DNA of 64,000 nt from Deltaproteobacteria bacterium (GCA_026388535.1 JAPLJP010000093.1:14553-78552); one strand, 5' to 3'. Positions 1 to 9,301 are shown, numbered from the stretch's first letter. Numbers and translations are program-made. The notes: a model not told the origin generated them from the letters alone.

Positions 1-92
1 CTCAAGTTAAATCAGCAGGGCGCCTACGCCTGGAGGGCAAGGAATATATCGTCCAGAACGGCGATATAATTACCTTCCGTTTCAATGTCTGA
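1..92 (+). CDS. ychF: Ribosome-binding ATPase YchF/OLA1, C-terminal fragment (5' part lies outside the window)
   Basis: Frame 3 reads ...GRLRLEGKEYIVQNGDIITFRFNV* and ends at TGA 90-92. From memory this matches the conserved YchF C-terminus (EGKDY-V-DGD-I-FRFNV). Confidence 0.8.
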   Translation, partial: QVKSAGRLRLEGKEYIVQNGDIITFRFNV

Positions 93-251
93 AACTAACG
101 AAAAATCATTCTTCAGTAGTTGCCCAGTCTATAATAAGACTTCGCGACCACTGAACATCGCCATTATTTTTTGTTAAAAAGATGCATTTATGCACTAGTT
201 GTGTGACAAAATGAAAAAGACAGTAACGACATATAGAAACAAAAAAAGAAA

Positions 252-1454
252 ATGAAGAAAATATTATTCAAAATTCTATTAATAATGGTTCTATTAACAA
301 TGATTTTTATTTTACCATTATTTTATCCTTCGGGAATCGCGATTTATTTCAGACTATTTTTACTTTTTCTTATTATTGTTGAGAGTTTTAAGTTATTCAA
401 AATTATTTTCATAGATATAAAGATTATCCACGGGGATGAACCCCAAAGCAAACTTTGGGTATCATACCCTCCGCTTCGCGGGATTGTTCAACTTACCCAT
501 TCCGCTACGCTTCGCTTTCGGAATTGGAGTTTCACGAATAAAATTATATCAAACTTAGGTACTGTTTTATTTTCAATTTTTGCAACCTTCATATTATTGG
601 AAGCAATATTTATGTTTATTCCCAGATCGCACAGCGTTGATTACACATTAGCTTCAAAATTATGGTACGCAAAATACTGGAAGCCGATTAACTCATTAGG
701 TTTTCGAGATGAAGAGCCAAGAAATAATAACCCCGTCATTTTATTCGTAGGTGATTCATTTACGACGGGTCATGGATTGAAGAGTGTAGATGATAGATTT
801 TCTAATATTGTTGGAAATGAACTGAATAAAAAAGAGAGGAAATATACGGTTATAAACATAGGTAAAAACAACCTGGATTCGAAGGGTGAATATGACTCAA
901 TGAAGAACTTTCTTTACCTGACTAGAATTAAACCTGAAAAAATAATACTGCAGTATTTTGGAAATGATATTGAAAATGTTGCCATGAATAATGGAATTAT
1001 ATTTGATGGCTTTCGCCCACCTCCGGATATGAATAGGTTTTTAATACTAGTTGGTTCTGGTTCTTACTTCTTAAATTACGTTTACTGGTTATTTCCAAGA
1101 GAATATTTAAGTGTGCCATATATAACTTTTCTAACTCAAGCTTATAAAAATGATAGTGTATTATCAAGACATAAAAATGATCTTAGATTATTCGTGGATT
1201 ATGCCAAGGAAAATTCTATACAACTTATTGTTGTAGTATTCCCACTTTTGAATGATGTTGAAATGAGTGATTCTTTGTACGGAAATAACATTGTCAGTTT
1301 TTTTGAAAATAACAATATAACCACCATAAATGTTTCCTCGCTAGTAAATGATCTTGCAGTATCAGAAAGAATAATTAATATAAATGACGGTCATGCATCC
1401 CCAAAAGTCAACAAGATAGTTGCTGAGGAAATTTTAAGAAAGTTGGAACAATAA
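252..1454 (+). CDS. SGNH/GDSL-family hydrolase with hydrophobic N-terminal segments (start codon uncertain)
   Basis: The ORF is 400 codons. It has GDSL block I 'ILFVGDSFTTGHG', a block III-like 'YFGNDIEN' and a block V-like 'NDGHASP'. A TM helix 'LGTVLFSIFATFILLEAIFMFI' precedes the catalytic domain. Nt 457-540 of the ORF are a copy of an otherwise intergenic repeat family, so the N-terminal ~100 codons are doubtful. Confidence 0.65.
   Translation: MKKILFKILLIMVLLTMIFILPLFYPSGIAIYFRLFLLFLIIVESFKLFKIIFIDIKIIHGDEPQSKLWVSYPPLRGIVQLTHSATLRFRNWSFTNKIISNLGTVLFSIFATFILLEAIFMFIPRSHSVDYTLASKLWYAKYWKPINSLGFRDEEPRNNNPVILFVGDSFTTGHGLKSVDDRFSNIVGNELNKKERKYTVINIGKNNLDSKGEYDSMKNFLYLTRIKPEKIILQYFGNDIENVAMNNGIIFDGFRPPPDMNRFLILVGSGSYFLNYVYWLFPREYLSVPYITFLTQAYKNDSVLSRHKNDLRLFVDYAKENSIQLIVVVFPLLNDVEMSDSLYGNNIVSFFENNNITTINVSSLVNDLAVSERIININDGHASPKVNKIVAEEILRKLEQ
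457..540 (+). repeat. Structured repeat family 1, copy A (embedded in frame in the 252..1454 ORF)
   Basis: The sequence is GGGTATcATACCCTCCGCttcGCGGGATTGTTCAACTTAcCCATTCCG-loop-CGGAATTGGAGTTTCACGAAT. The same architecture occurs at 36663-36763, 38507-38592 and, on the minus strand, at 45848-46010. Confidence 0.7.
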
Positions 1455-1455
1455 A

Positions 1456-1605
1456 ATGGAATTCTTAAAAGACATCTGGTTTTTCATGAAGGAACGTAAA
1501 AAATTCTGGCTGGCGCCGATAATCATAATATTGCTTTTGTTAGGGTTGTTGATTATATTCGGCGGCAGCAGTGCTGTATCTCCATTCATCTATACGCTTT
1601 TCTAA
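1456..1605 (+). CDS. Small membrane protein, DUF5989-like (49 aa, below the ORF-track cutoff)
   Basis: The ORF runs from ATG 1456 to TAA 1603-1605 and encodes MEFLKDIWFFMKERKKFWLAPIIIILLLLGLLIIFGGSSAVSPFIYTLF. It has one TM helix. The pattern ...ERKKFWL.P...GS.V.PFIYTLF matches my memory of the DUF5989 family. It starts 1 nt after the upstream stop codon. Confidence 0.6.
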   Translation: MEFLKDIWFFMKERKKFWLAPIIIILLLLGLLIIFGGSSAVSPFIYTLF

Positions 1606-1711
1606 TCCCGCGACTTGGAATACCATGGATCCAGCCGGGTGGGACTCCACTTAATGATTTTGAAAAAACATGGTCTGCAGGAACAGCTATAGACATTCCT
1701 ATAATGTTTTA

Positions 1712-3688
1712 TTATTGAAAATGAACAACGAAGTAAGCCGCATAGGCCGCAAAGGCCCAGCAGAAAAATAGAGCGATGACAACAGAACGGATTATTTTGT
1801 TCCGAAAGAAGGGCTCTGCTCCGGCGGCGATAAGTATCGCATAACAGGGAAGCAGACCAAGCGTGTAACTGGCTTTTGTTCCGCTGTATACCGGACGAAT
1901 TATGTAAATGTTTATCATTACAACTAAAAACAGTGTTATCGTGCCTGCGGAAAGAATGACGGCATTTCTGTGAAAAGCCTCCTTGTTCAGCCATATTGAT
2001 GCAACACCGGCGAGAATAAATATACTGGGCAGCAAGGCAAGCAGTGCTCCCGCGATCATAAAGTTTTGATTCCAAGGCATGAAGTCTATCAATCCGGAAT
2101 TTAAACCATCCAACCATAACGTCGAATAGAACATATCCCAAAAACTTGTAACACCGGCATAAACAGGATAATCAAATGACTGACCGAAAGACATAATCTG
2201 CGACCATGTTCTATAGCCAGGATCTTGCCACCACTGCAACATTTGCGAGTGTTCTAATATTCCCGCAAAAGGATTTCCCAGCGCTATGTAGTTTCGAAAA
2301 TAATACCAGCCAGCAATCAGCATGGAAACGCAGAAGGTTATAATTATAGGCTTCAATGTCAACTTCAAAGTTGCTTGGACTAAATTAGCGTGAAAAATCA
2401 GAACAATTATCAAAACAAGTGCGAACGGAACAGCGGTCATTTTGGAAAGAAGCGCCAATCCCCATACCAACCCCATAAGAACAAAATATCCTGTTTTTCG
2501 CTCTCTTTGGTCAGGCATAACAAGAGATACGCTTAAAAGAATCAGAAGGGATATAAAACACGCGGCAAGAGGTTCATTGCCCACAGACTGACATGCATAT
2601 GTGTGAATCGGCAATAAAGAACCTGCAACTGTGGCAATGATCTGCAGATCCTTTCTTTGCGCAAACACAAGCCGAGCTATACGATATACTATCTCTATCT
2701 GCAAAAGTCCGCTAATAACAGGTATAATTCCCATTGTCTTAACGACCGAAGGGAAATCTATCCATTTTATCAGAAAAGCATAAAGCGGAGCGCTTAATAT
2801 ATAATTGAGCGGCGCCTGATACATTTGCCAGCCGTCAGAAGCCAGAGGAAGTGAGCCCTTTGTTACTATATAATCAATATATTGAATGTGACCCCATCCG
2901 TCAGTGCCCACCTGAAAATTAAGCTTGAACATGTTATTGATTGACAATATCGCCCATAAAAACAGCAATCCCCATCTGATATAAGACGGTTCCAGCCGCC
3001 ATTTAATAATTTTCTGAACCTTATCCTCATAAAAACTGCCAAACATTGAGATGAGAAACATCATTATAAAAACAATCGCAAGATAAGGCGATATGGCGAT
3101 AAGAGCCGAGACTGATGATGGAAATATTTTTGATACCTCAGCCTGTTTTATCCGCGAAGCGGGCACAGCTATCTTCCAATTTTTCCCGTCGGTTGACGCA
3201 AACCATCCTGAACCAGTCCGTACGGGTAATATGTCACTATACGCGATAACTGCAGGATAAGAATTTTCGCTCGTAACAATTATAAGGATTTCATGCGAAC
3301 CGGCATTAACCGCAAAAGGCACCGCTATATCATGGGTCTTTTTCCAATGATCAAATTCATCAGCTGAAGAGAAGATATTGATACCGTCAAAAAAGATCTC
3401 ATATCGTTTCAGTGCCTGCACAGCAATACGGGCATTACTAATTTTTTTGCTTGTATTAAAAACATATTTAAATCGGCATTGCGTCTTGCTTGCCGGCTTT
3501 GCTTCCAACTGAAATTCCGAATCATATTTGATCCACTGAGCCCCGGCGCGGTCGGTAAGGAGCAGTACATCGGAAGATTTCATATAGTGCATTATTCTGA
3601 ATGCGCCCAGCACAATTACTGATATAACAACCAAGCCTGCTATAAAAAAAGGGTTCTTTAATATTTCAGAATATTTATTTTTGATCAT
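1712..3688 (-). CDS. GT-C fold membrane glycosyltransferase, family 39/83-like (ArnT/PMT_2-like) with an N-terminal extracytoplasmic domain
   Basis: The protein is 658 aa. One N-terminal TM is followed by a ~170-aa soluble segment and then more than 10 TM helices. The loop motif 'DGWGHIQYIDYIVTKGSLPLASDGWQMYQAPLNYILSAPLY' resembles the D..GH..Y..Y....P....QPPLYY signature of bacterial PMT_2/ArnT-type enzymes. Confidence 0.6.
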   Translation of the reverse strand: MIKNKYSEILKNPFFIAGLVVISVIVLGAFRIMHYMKSSDVLLLTDRAGAQWIKYDSEFQLEAKPASKTQCRFKYVFNTSKKISNARIAVQALKRYEIFFDGINIFSSADEFDHWKKTHDIAVPFAVNAGSHEILIIVTSENSYPAVIAYSDILPVRTGSGWFASTDGKNWKIAVPASRIKQAEVSKIFPSSVSALIAISPYLAIVFIMMFLISMFGSFYEDKVQKIIKWRLEPSYIRWGLLFLWAILSINNMFKLNFQVGTDGWGHIQYIDYIVTKGSLPLASDGWQMYQAPLNYILSAPLYAFLIKWIDFPSVVKTMGIIPVISGLLQIEIVYRIARLVFAQRKDLQIIATVAGSLLPIHTYACQSVGNEPLAACFISLLILLSVSLVMPDQRERKTGYFVLMGLVWGLALLSKMTAVPFALVLIIVLIFHANLVQATLKLTLKPIIITFCVSMLIAGWYYFRNYIALGNPFAGILEHSQMLQWWQDPGYRTWSQIMSFGQSFDYPVYAGVTSFWDMFYSTLWLDGLNSGLIDFMPWNQNFMIAGALLALLPSIFILAGVASIWLNKEAFHRNAVILSAGTITLFLVVMINIYIIRPVYSGTKASYTLGLLPCYAILIAAGAEPFFRNKIIRSVVIALFFCWAFAAYAAYFVVHFQ

Positions 3689-3856
3689 CTGTCAGAGTAC
3701 CTTTATTAAAATTTTGCAACACGGGATTAAGGCAATTATCATTATTTCAACTGACAATTCATCCGGCATAAATGAAATCATGCTTTTGCCAATGGGCGAT
3801 ATAATTATTCCAGCCAATAACCCTGGTTGATGACATATTTATGCTTATTGCAGTGA

Positions 3857-3983
3857 AGTATAGAAATATCGTTTTTATGTGTCAATGAAAAACTCTACAT
3901 ATAACCGAAGTATTAATCAGCTATAAAATCAATATTTTTAAAATTAGTTTTTCATTGACACATAATGTCGCCATCATATAGAT
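3857..3983. promoter_or_regulatory. Back-to-back divergent sigma70-like promoters sharing a perfect 17-nt inverted module
   Basis: ATGTGTCAATGAAAAAC (3877-3893) is the exact reverse complement of GTTTTTCATTGACACAT (3947-3963). On the minus strand this gives TTGACA (3880-3885, reverse complement), a 17-nt spacer and TATACT (3857-3862, reverse complement). On the plus strand it gives TTGACA (3955-3960), a 16-nt spacer and TATAGA (3977-3982). Confidence 0.4.
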
Positions 3984-4022
3984 TTGGCGGGCATAAATAA
4001 ATATTTATCAAAATACTTTAAT

Positions 4023-5657
4023 ATGAATTCAAAAAATAATTCTATGCCGCTGACGGAAAACCAGATGACGAAAAAGGCCACCCTCTGGCCGTGGCTGGTC
4101 ATTCTGGCCACAGTAACAGCATTGCCCTACATTCAAATGACATCCCACGAGTTCATCAACTGGGATGATTCATTCTATATTTATAATAATCCTATTGTCT
4201 GTGCCGGGTTAAGCTGGATCGGCATTGGTTGGGCGTTTATCACCGGCACGGCCTCTAACTGGCACCCTCTGACATGGATAAGCCATATGCTGGATTCCAG
4301 TCTTTTTGGCCCCACACCCCAAGCAGCTCATCTTGTTAATCTGCTTTGGTATATAGGTTGCGTGCTGCTTGCCTTTTTCTTGTTTTTACGTCTTGAAGCG
4401 TCTCCCAAAGTCGCTTTTTTAATGGCCGCTTTTTTCGGTTTGCACCCCTTGCATGTTGAATCCGTGGCCTGGGCGGCGGAACGCAAAGACCTGCTGTGTG
4501 CCTTCTTCTTTCTGGCCGCTACGATTGCTTATCTTGGTTACGTCCATCAACCGAAACGGTCCCGTTACTTTTTGACGACGGGCTTATTTGTTTTATCTTT
4601 ACTTTCCAAACCTATGGCAGTTACCTGGCCATGCGTGGTTTTGCTTTTAGATTACTGGCCGCTCAAACGCTTTAATAATGAGTTTAAAATGGCCATTTAC
4701 GAAAAAATACCGTGGCTTGCACTTTCCATAATCTCATCAATTGTAACCATCATCGTGCAAAACAAAAGCGATGCTGTTAAATCCATGGCCGATTTCCCCA
4801 TGCTGGACCGCCTTGCCAATGCTTTTCTGTCTTATTTTGAATATATACGCCAAAGTCTGTGGCCTATCGGGTTGACAGTTTTTTATCCGTACCCCTATTC
4901 AATCAACACTCTCGGCGCTCTCGCAGCCTGTTGCGTTTTAGGTCTCATCAGCGCCGTTGCCTTCTGGCAAAGACGGCAACATCCTTACCTGCTATGGGGC
5001 TGGTTGTTTTATCTGGGTGTTCTATTCCCGGTCATTGGATTTGTTCAGGTGGGTGCCCAGGCCCACGCCGACCGCTATACTTTACTCCCTCAATTGGGTC
5101 TAATCCTGGCCAGTGGCCTTTTTCTGGATCATATCATAATAGCCAAGAGTATTCGCCGAACAGCCGCAGTAATAATGGCGATGGTTATCGTATTACTGAT
5201 GGTATTGACATTCCGACAGGTCTCTTACTGGAAGGACAGCAAAACATTATTTTATCAAAACCTCGAAGAGGCTGGTGAGAATGAATTGGCCCACTTCAAT
5301 CTTGGCGCGGCATATTTACAAAACAACCAGTTGGAGTTAGCCGTCACCCATTTCCTGGCCGCTGCCAGGATCAATCCCGCCGAAGCGACAACTTATAATA
5401 ACTTGGGCAACGCTTACGCTAAATTGCGCCAAACATCTTTGGCTGAGGAATGCTTCAAACAAGCCATTTTGCTTGACCCTAAAATAGCCCAGCCGCATTT
5501 TCATCTCGCTGTTCTCAAGTTCAACCAGGGCAATCTTGATGAAGCGGCGAAACATCTTGACGAAGCGGCACGGCTGGCGCCGCAATGGAAAGAAGTCGGG
5601 GATCTACGTGATAAGGTGAAAAAGTCAACCTCCGGCCGCTCCCTGGATAAGGATTAA
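4023..5657 (+). CDS. TPR-containing GT-C membrane glycosyltransferase (TMTC/DUF1736-like)
   Basis: The N-terminal polytopic domain has 'FINWDD', 'NWHPLTWISHMLD' and 'HPLHVESVAWAAERKDLL'. The C-terminus has TPR repeats (NLGAAYLQNNQLELAVTHF..., NNLGNAYAKLRQ...). It is paralogous to the three tandem genes at 59345-64000. The track start at 3984 is a TTG. ATG 4023 (MNSKNNS...) is more likely. Confidence 0.65.
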   Translation: MNSKNNSMPLTENQMTKKATLWPWLVILATVTALPYIQMTSHEFINWDDSFYIYNNPIVCAGLSWIGIGWAFITGTASNWHPLTWISHMLDSSLFGPTPQAAHLVNLLWYIGCVLLAFFLFLRLEASPKVAFLMAAFFGLHPLHVESVAWAAERKDLLCAFFFLAATIAYLGYVHQPKRSRYFLTTGLFVLSLLSKPMAVTWPCVVLLLDYWPLKRFNNEFKMAIYEKIPWLALSIISSIVTIIVQNKSDAVKSMADFPMLDRLANAFLSYFEYIRQSLWPIGLTVFYPYPYSINTLGALAACCVLGLISAVAFWQRRQHPYLLWGWLFYLGVLFPVIGFVQVGAQAHADRYTLLPQLGLILASGLFLDHIIIAKSIRRTAAVIMAMVIVLLMVLTFRQVSYWKDSKTLFYQNLEEAGENELAHFNLGAAYLQNNQLELAVTHFLAAARINPAEATTYNNLGNAYAKLRQTSLAEECFKQAILLDPKIAQPHFHLAVLKFNQGNLDEAAKHLDEAARLAPQWKEVGDLRDKVKKSTSGRSLDKD

Positions 5658-5666
5658 CAGCATCTA

Positions 5667-6641
5667 CTAAAAAATATAGTGTTTTGTATTCTTGTTCTTA
5701 ATATCCTTGAGAGCAACATCCGGATATATTACATCCAGTTGTATTCGCACTGCGGAACCGAAGGCAAGGCGAGCTGGTTTGGGTTTCTTGTTGTAGAGAT
5801 ATTCATCAATCGTCCAAGCAACGTCCGTAAATCCGAATTGTGAACGAATAGAATTTGTACCGGAAATCCGGCCGTTTATTTCAAAAGGAATCACGCGTCC
5901 ATCAATAGTCGCAATAGATTGTATGTTGCATGATCCGCGTATAGTAAAGTGCTTCATCATCTGACGAATAATTATCAATAACTGCTTATCGTATGTGTGG
6001 TCAACCGTACATTTCACTGTCATTCCGCCAAGAAGCTCACGGGAAAATGTAATCATGCTGTGCAGCTCTCCGCTCTTGGTGACGTAAAACGCTGTTGGCA
6101 ACTCTATACCTTTATATAATTTCTGTACAACAAACGAATCAGGATATTTTTTGATATTCTTAGGTTCATACACTATACCACGAGACCCCCTGCCCTCGCG
6201 TGGTTTGATAATATCACTGTTAAACACCCCCTTGTATTCGGAAGGAAGCGCTGTTTCAGCAAAGGGAATACCGTGCGCTGTAAACTTCTGCCATGTTCTA
6301 TATTTATCCAAAAAGGTCAGGTTCACATCATAAGAAGAAGTCGCAATAGTCGGCAAGCTTCTGCGATTCTTTGAAAGATAAACCGTTTCATAGTCAGTGC
6401 TGGGAATGATGCAATCAACCCGTTCCTCCTTGCAAATGCGCCGTATTTCCGGGATATATTTTTTATCATAAGCAAATGGTACTTGATAAACAACATCGCA
6501 GAGATGCGTACCCGCAGTCACGGTTTCGACATTCACTCCGACAATCCGGATAGATTTCCGGTGCGCAATGGTATTTCTCAGGATTCCCTGTCCAACATTC
6601 CCGCCAATACCGGTAACTAATATAGTTTTTTTATTTTTCAT
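5667..6641 (-). CDS. ATP-grasp domain protein (carbamoyl-phosphate-synthase-like fold, sugar/amine ligase type)
   Basis: The protein is 324 aa. It has an N-terminal Rossmann-like 'ILVTGIGGNVGQGI', a central 'IIKPREGRGSRGI' and a C-terminal 'PFEINGRISG', which is typical ATP-grasp topology. It overlaps the upstream SDR gene by 4 nt. Confidence 0.6.
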   Translation of the reverse strand: MKNKKTILVTGIGGNVGQGILRNTIAHRKSIRIVGVNVETVTAGTHLCDVVYQVPFAYDKKYIPEIRRICKEERVDCIIPSTDYETVYLSKNRRSLPTIATSSYDVNLTFLDKYRTWQKFTAHGIPFAETALPSEYKGVFNSDIIKPREGRGSRGIVYEPKNIKKYPDSFVVQKLYKGIELPTAFYVTKSGELHSMITFSRELLGGMTVKCTVDHTYDKQLLIIIRQMMKHFTIRGSCNIQSIATIDGRVIPFEINGRISGTNSIRSQFGFTDVAWTIDEYLYNKKPKPARLAFGSAVRIQLDVIYPDVALKDIKNKNTKHYIF

Positions 6642-7468
6642 AACATCTGCTCTATTCCTTCTTCTAACGATATCAAAGGAACAAAATCAAGCCGTTTTTT
6701 CGTATAAGAAGCATTGTATTCACAGGAGGAAGCCGTATCAATGCCGTCATGTTTTATCTGACAACCGGGAACATGAGAACAGACATATTGCGCTACAGCG
6801 AGATTAGTATTGGAAGTTCCAGATACTCCTAAATACTTTCCTGATCTTTGACTTTTTGCCGCCTTCAAACAAAGCTTTGCCGCGTCCTGAACATGAAGAT
6901 AGTCCTGCTTTCTTTGGCCATCACCCGATAGAGTAATTATTTTTTTCTTTTTAGCGTCTTCAATAATGCCGGGAATAAATGTTTTAGGATACATACCTTT
7001 TCCATACAAGGAAGAAAAACGAATAATTGCGGTTTTTTTATGATAACGCTTCAACAACACTTCTGCTGTGAGTTTTGTTATGCCATACTGATTTGGATTG
7101 CTCGTTCGTGTTCTTTCAGTGACGCGAGACACATCCGAGTTTCCATACACGGAAACACTCGAAGCAAAAACAAGAAAACTTTTTTGAAATTGTAACGCGA
7201 CCTGTAATGGCAATTGGGTATTAGTTTTTATCAGGTCAGTATATGACATAGAACGGCCGGGATATGGGATAGCCGCCGCAACCATAAATACCACATCATA
7301 TACATCACGAATACGACCAATATTAGAAAGTGGAAATATTCTGCACCCTTTGGGTATGCTGATACGATGCTTGTGATAAACTCCTTCCACGATTATTCTC
7401 TGCATCAAACATTCTTCCGCAATCGCTCTCCCTAGAAACCCATTGATGCCAACGATAAGAACCCGCAT
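6638..7468 (-). CDS. NAD-dependent epimerase/dehydratase (extended SDR)
   Basis: The protein is 276 aa. It has the 'MRVLIVGINGFLG' glycine-rich NAD motif and the catalytic YxxxK 'YGITK'. Confidence 0.75.
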   Translation of the reverse strand: MRVLIVGINGFLGRAIAEECLMQRIIVEGVYHKHRISIPKGCRIFPLSNIGRIRDVYDVVFMVAAAIPYPGRSMSYTDLIKTNTQLPLQVALQFQKSFLVFASSVSVYGNSDVSRVTERTRTSNPNQYGITKLTAEVLLKRYHKKTAIIRFSSLYGKGMYPKTFIPGIIEDAKKKKIITLSGDGQRKQDYLHVQDAAKLCLKAAKSQRSGKYLGVSGTSNTNLAVAQYVCSHVPGCQIKHDGIDTASSCEYNASYTKKRLDFVPLISLEEGIEQML

Positions 7469-7675
7469 ATTATTTACCCTGTTCGCGTATTTCTTTCATA
7501 CAGTGGTCATAAGAAGTAGCGCCGCCAAAGCAATAAATCGGCATTATCCAGCAAGAAAGTTAAAAAGATATCGGCTAAATTATTTTTGACACCGTCTACG
7601 AGGTTGTTTCATCTAATCGTTTATCAAAAAAGTATTAACACAAAACTTATCAAGATATTGTTTTAAACCTGGCAG

Positions 7676-7740
7676 AGTATAAGAATACCGTTGGAGTATG
7701 TCAATGAAATATTGACATACCGAAGGCTTATTTATATACT
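7676..7740. promoter_or_regulatory. Back-to-back divergent sigma70-like promoters around a perfect 10-5-10 palindrome
   Basis: The palindrome is GTATGTCAAT-gaaat-ATTGACATAC (7696-7720). On the plus strand TTGACA (7712-7717), a 17-nt spacer and TATACT (7735-7740) point to the radical-SAM genes. On the minus strand TTGACA (7699-7704, reverse complement), a 17-nt spacer and TATACT (7676-7681, reverse complement) point to the SDR/ATP-grasp pair. Confidence 0.45.
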
Positions 7741-7894
7741 TCACACCGCGAAAAAAATGTTCTATCAAAGGCAATAATGAGTACCGAAAGCTTTCGCTAA
7801 TGGGGGATTACTTTTCGATGTCGAAGATACTGCCGGGAAGCCCAAGAAGCAAAAATCTCGCCTGATCAAGAATAGATACTATTAGGAGAAGAAA

Positions 7895-9301
7895 ATGAAA
7901 GTTCTGTTCATCCAGCCTTTCTCAAACGTTACCGGCTCAAACCACTTGCCGGTAGGTTTCTTATATATCAGCGCTTATATGCTTGCACATTCAAAACATG
8001 AAATCAAAATAATTGATCTAAGAGCAAAAAGAACTCCTATAGAATCCAAAACAAATGAAATCCTGCAGTGGAAACCTGATATCGTTGGTATAACCGGCCT
8101 GTCAATCGAGTGGAGCGGAATAAAGCACGTTACGAAAGTAATCCGCGAACTCCTTGGTAAAAATATCCCCATAGTCGCTGGAGGCGCTCATGCCACTTGT
8201 TTCAGCAAACTTGTCATGAAAGACACTTCTGTTGATTATATTGTAAAAAACGAAGGAGAAAGAACATTTCTGGCGCTCGTTAATGCGCTCGGAAAAGGCG
8301 AAGATGTTCAAAATATCAAAGGAATAGTTTACCGGAAAAACGGTGCTATCGTTGATACGGGACAATGCGAATTTATTGAAGACATAGATGAAATACCCTT
8401 CCCCGCCTATCATCTATTGGACATGGAGGTTTATTTTGATAACCCCAGATTCCACACCAGCATGAATATCCATAACAGGGTTATGCCAATTCTATCGGCA
8501 CGCGGGTGTCCTTTTCAGTGCAAGTTTTGTGTGAGAATTCTAGGATATAAATTTCGAACGCGATCCGCTGAAAACGTTCTTGCTGAAATAGACTGGCTGG
8601 TTAAAACTTACAACGTTAGAGAGCTTCACATAGAAGACGATGCTTTCAATACAAATATGAAAAGAGCAAAAAATATAATGCAAGGTATAATTGATCGCGA
8701 TTATCATCTGTCAATAATTCTCAGTACCGGTATCCGTGGTGATCTTGTTGACCAGGAACTTATTGACGTTTTCAAAAAGGCCGGGGTTTTCAGAATAGGT
8801 TACGGTGTGGAAACAACGCATCCCCGGATACAGAATATGATAAAAAAAGAACTCGACTTCGATAAACTCGAAAAATCAATATTAATGGCCAACCGCGCCG
8901 GCATCAGCACAAACGGTTTTTTCATCATCGGGTTCCCCACGGAAACCGAACAGGAAATGATGGCAACAATTAATTACGCCCTTAAATCAAAACTGGCAAC
9001 AGCCGTTTTTTCCATCCTGAAATTATTCCCGGGCACCGCTTTGGCCGAAGAGTATTTGACTTATGATCCTGACTTTAACGACGATTTTACTTTCAGCTTT
9101 GATTCACCGATCATGCCCAACCACAGCGCTATTTCCGACAAAAGACTTATGCAACTAAGACGCTTCGCGTTCATCCGCTTTTATTTCAATCCCTCGCGAA
9201 TCTGGAGAATTTTCAGAACAACCCCCAATAAAAAAAATCTTATTACCAGAAACCTCAATATTGTATTGAGCCTCATTTTTAAAGGCACGGCAAAGTATTA
9301 G
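7895..9301 (+). CDS. B12-binding-domain radical SAM protein (class B), paralogue 1
   Basis: The protein is 468 aa. It has an N-terminal cobalamin-binding-type Rossmann domain (MKVLFIQP..., ITGLS..., IVAGGAHAT) and the radical SAM cluster 'ARGCPFQCKFC'. The C-terminal tail is basic and hydrophobic. Confidence 0.85.
   Translation: MKVLFIQPFSNVTGSNHLPVGFLYISAYMLAHSKHEIKIIDLRAKRTPIESKTNEILQWKPDIVGITGLSIEWSGIKHVTKVIRELLGKNIPIVAGGAHATCFSKLVMKDTSVDYIVKNEGERTFLALVNALGKGEDVQNIKGIVYRKNGAIVDTGQCEFIEDIDEIPFPAYHLLDMEVYFDNPRFHTSMNIHNRVMPILSARGCPFQCKFCVRILGYKFRTRSAENVLAEIDWLVKTYNVRELHIEDDAFNTNMKRAKNIMQGIIDRDYHLSIILSTGIRGDLVDQELIDVFKKAGVFRIGYGVETTHPRIQNMIKKELDFDKLEKSILMANRAGISTNGFFIIGFPTETEQEMMATINYALKSKLATAVFSILKLFPGTALAEEYLTYDPDFNDDFTFSFDSPIMPNHSAISDKRLMQLRRFAFIRFYFNPSRIWRIFRTTPNKKNLITRNLNIVLSLIFKGTAKY

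Noticed and set aside
211-255. 14-codon ORF (MKKTVTTYRNKKRK) whose TGA overlaps the ATG at 252.
   Set aside because: It lies in AT-rich sequence with no RBS and a poly-lysine-type product from A-runs. It is probably a chance ORF. It is noted only because the same ATGA geometry recurs at 9487.
1602-2141. 179-aa minus-strand ORF overlapping the 3' part of the ArnT-like gene in another frame. Many 60-140-aa ORFs are similarly nested in the radical-SAM, liv, TMTC-like and glycan genes.
   Set aside because: Each is nested in a longer ORF with clear family motifs and has no motifs or RBS of its own.
3984-4022. Longer non-ATG-initiated N-terminal extensions offered by the ORF track. They are TTG in most cases and GTG at 41683. 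The affected ORFs start at 3984, 21417-22211, 26451-27830, 27835-29226, 32901, 38739, 41683, 47815, 49195, 49328, 58599, 59278 and 59330.
   Set aside because: In each case a downstream ATG restores a family-typical N-terminus, sits behind a better RBS, or removes a large overlap with the neighbouring gene. For 32901 and 41683, the downstream ATG also avoids translating a repeat element.
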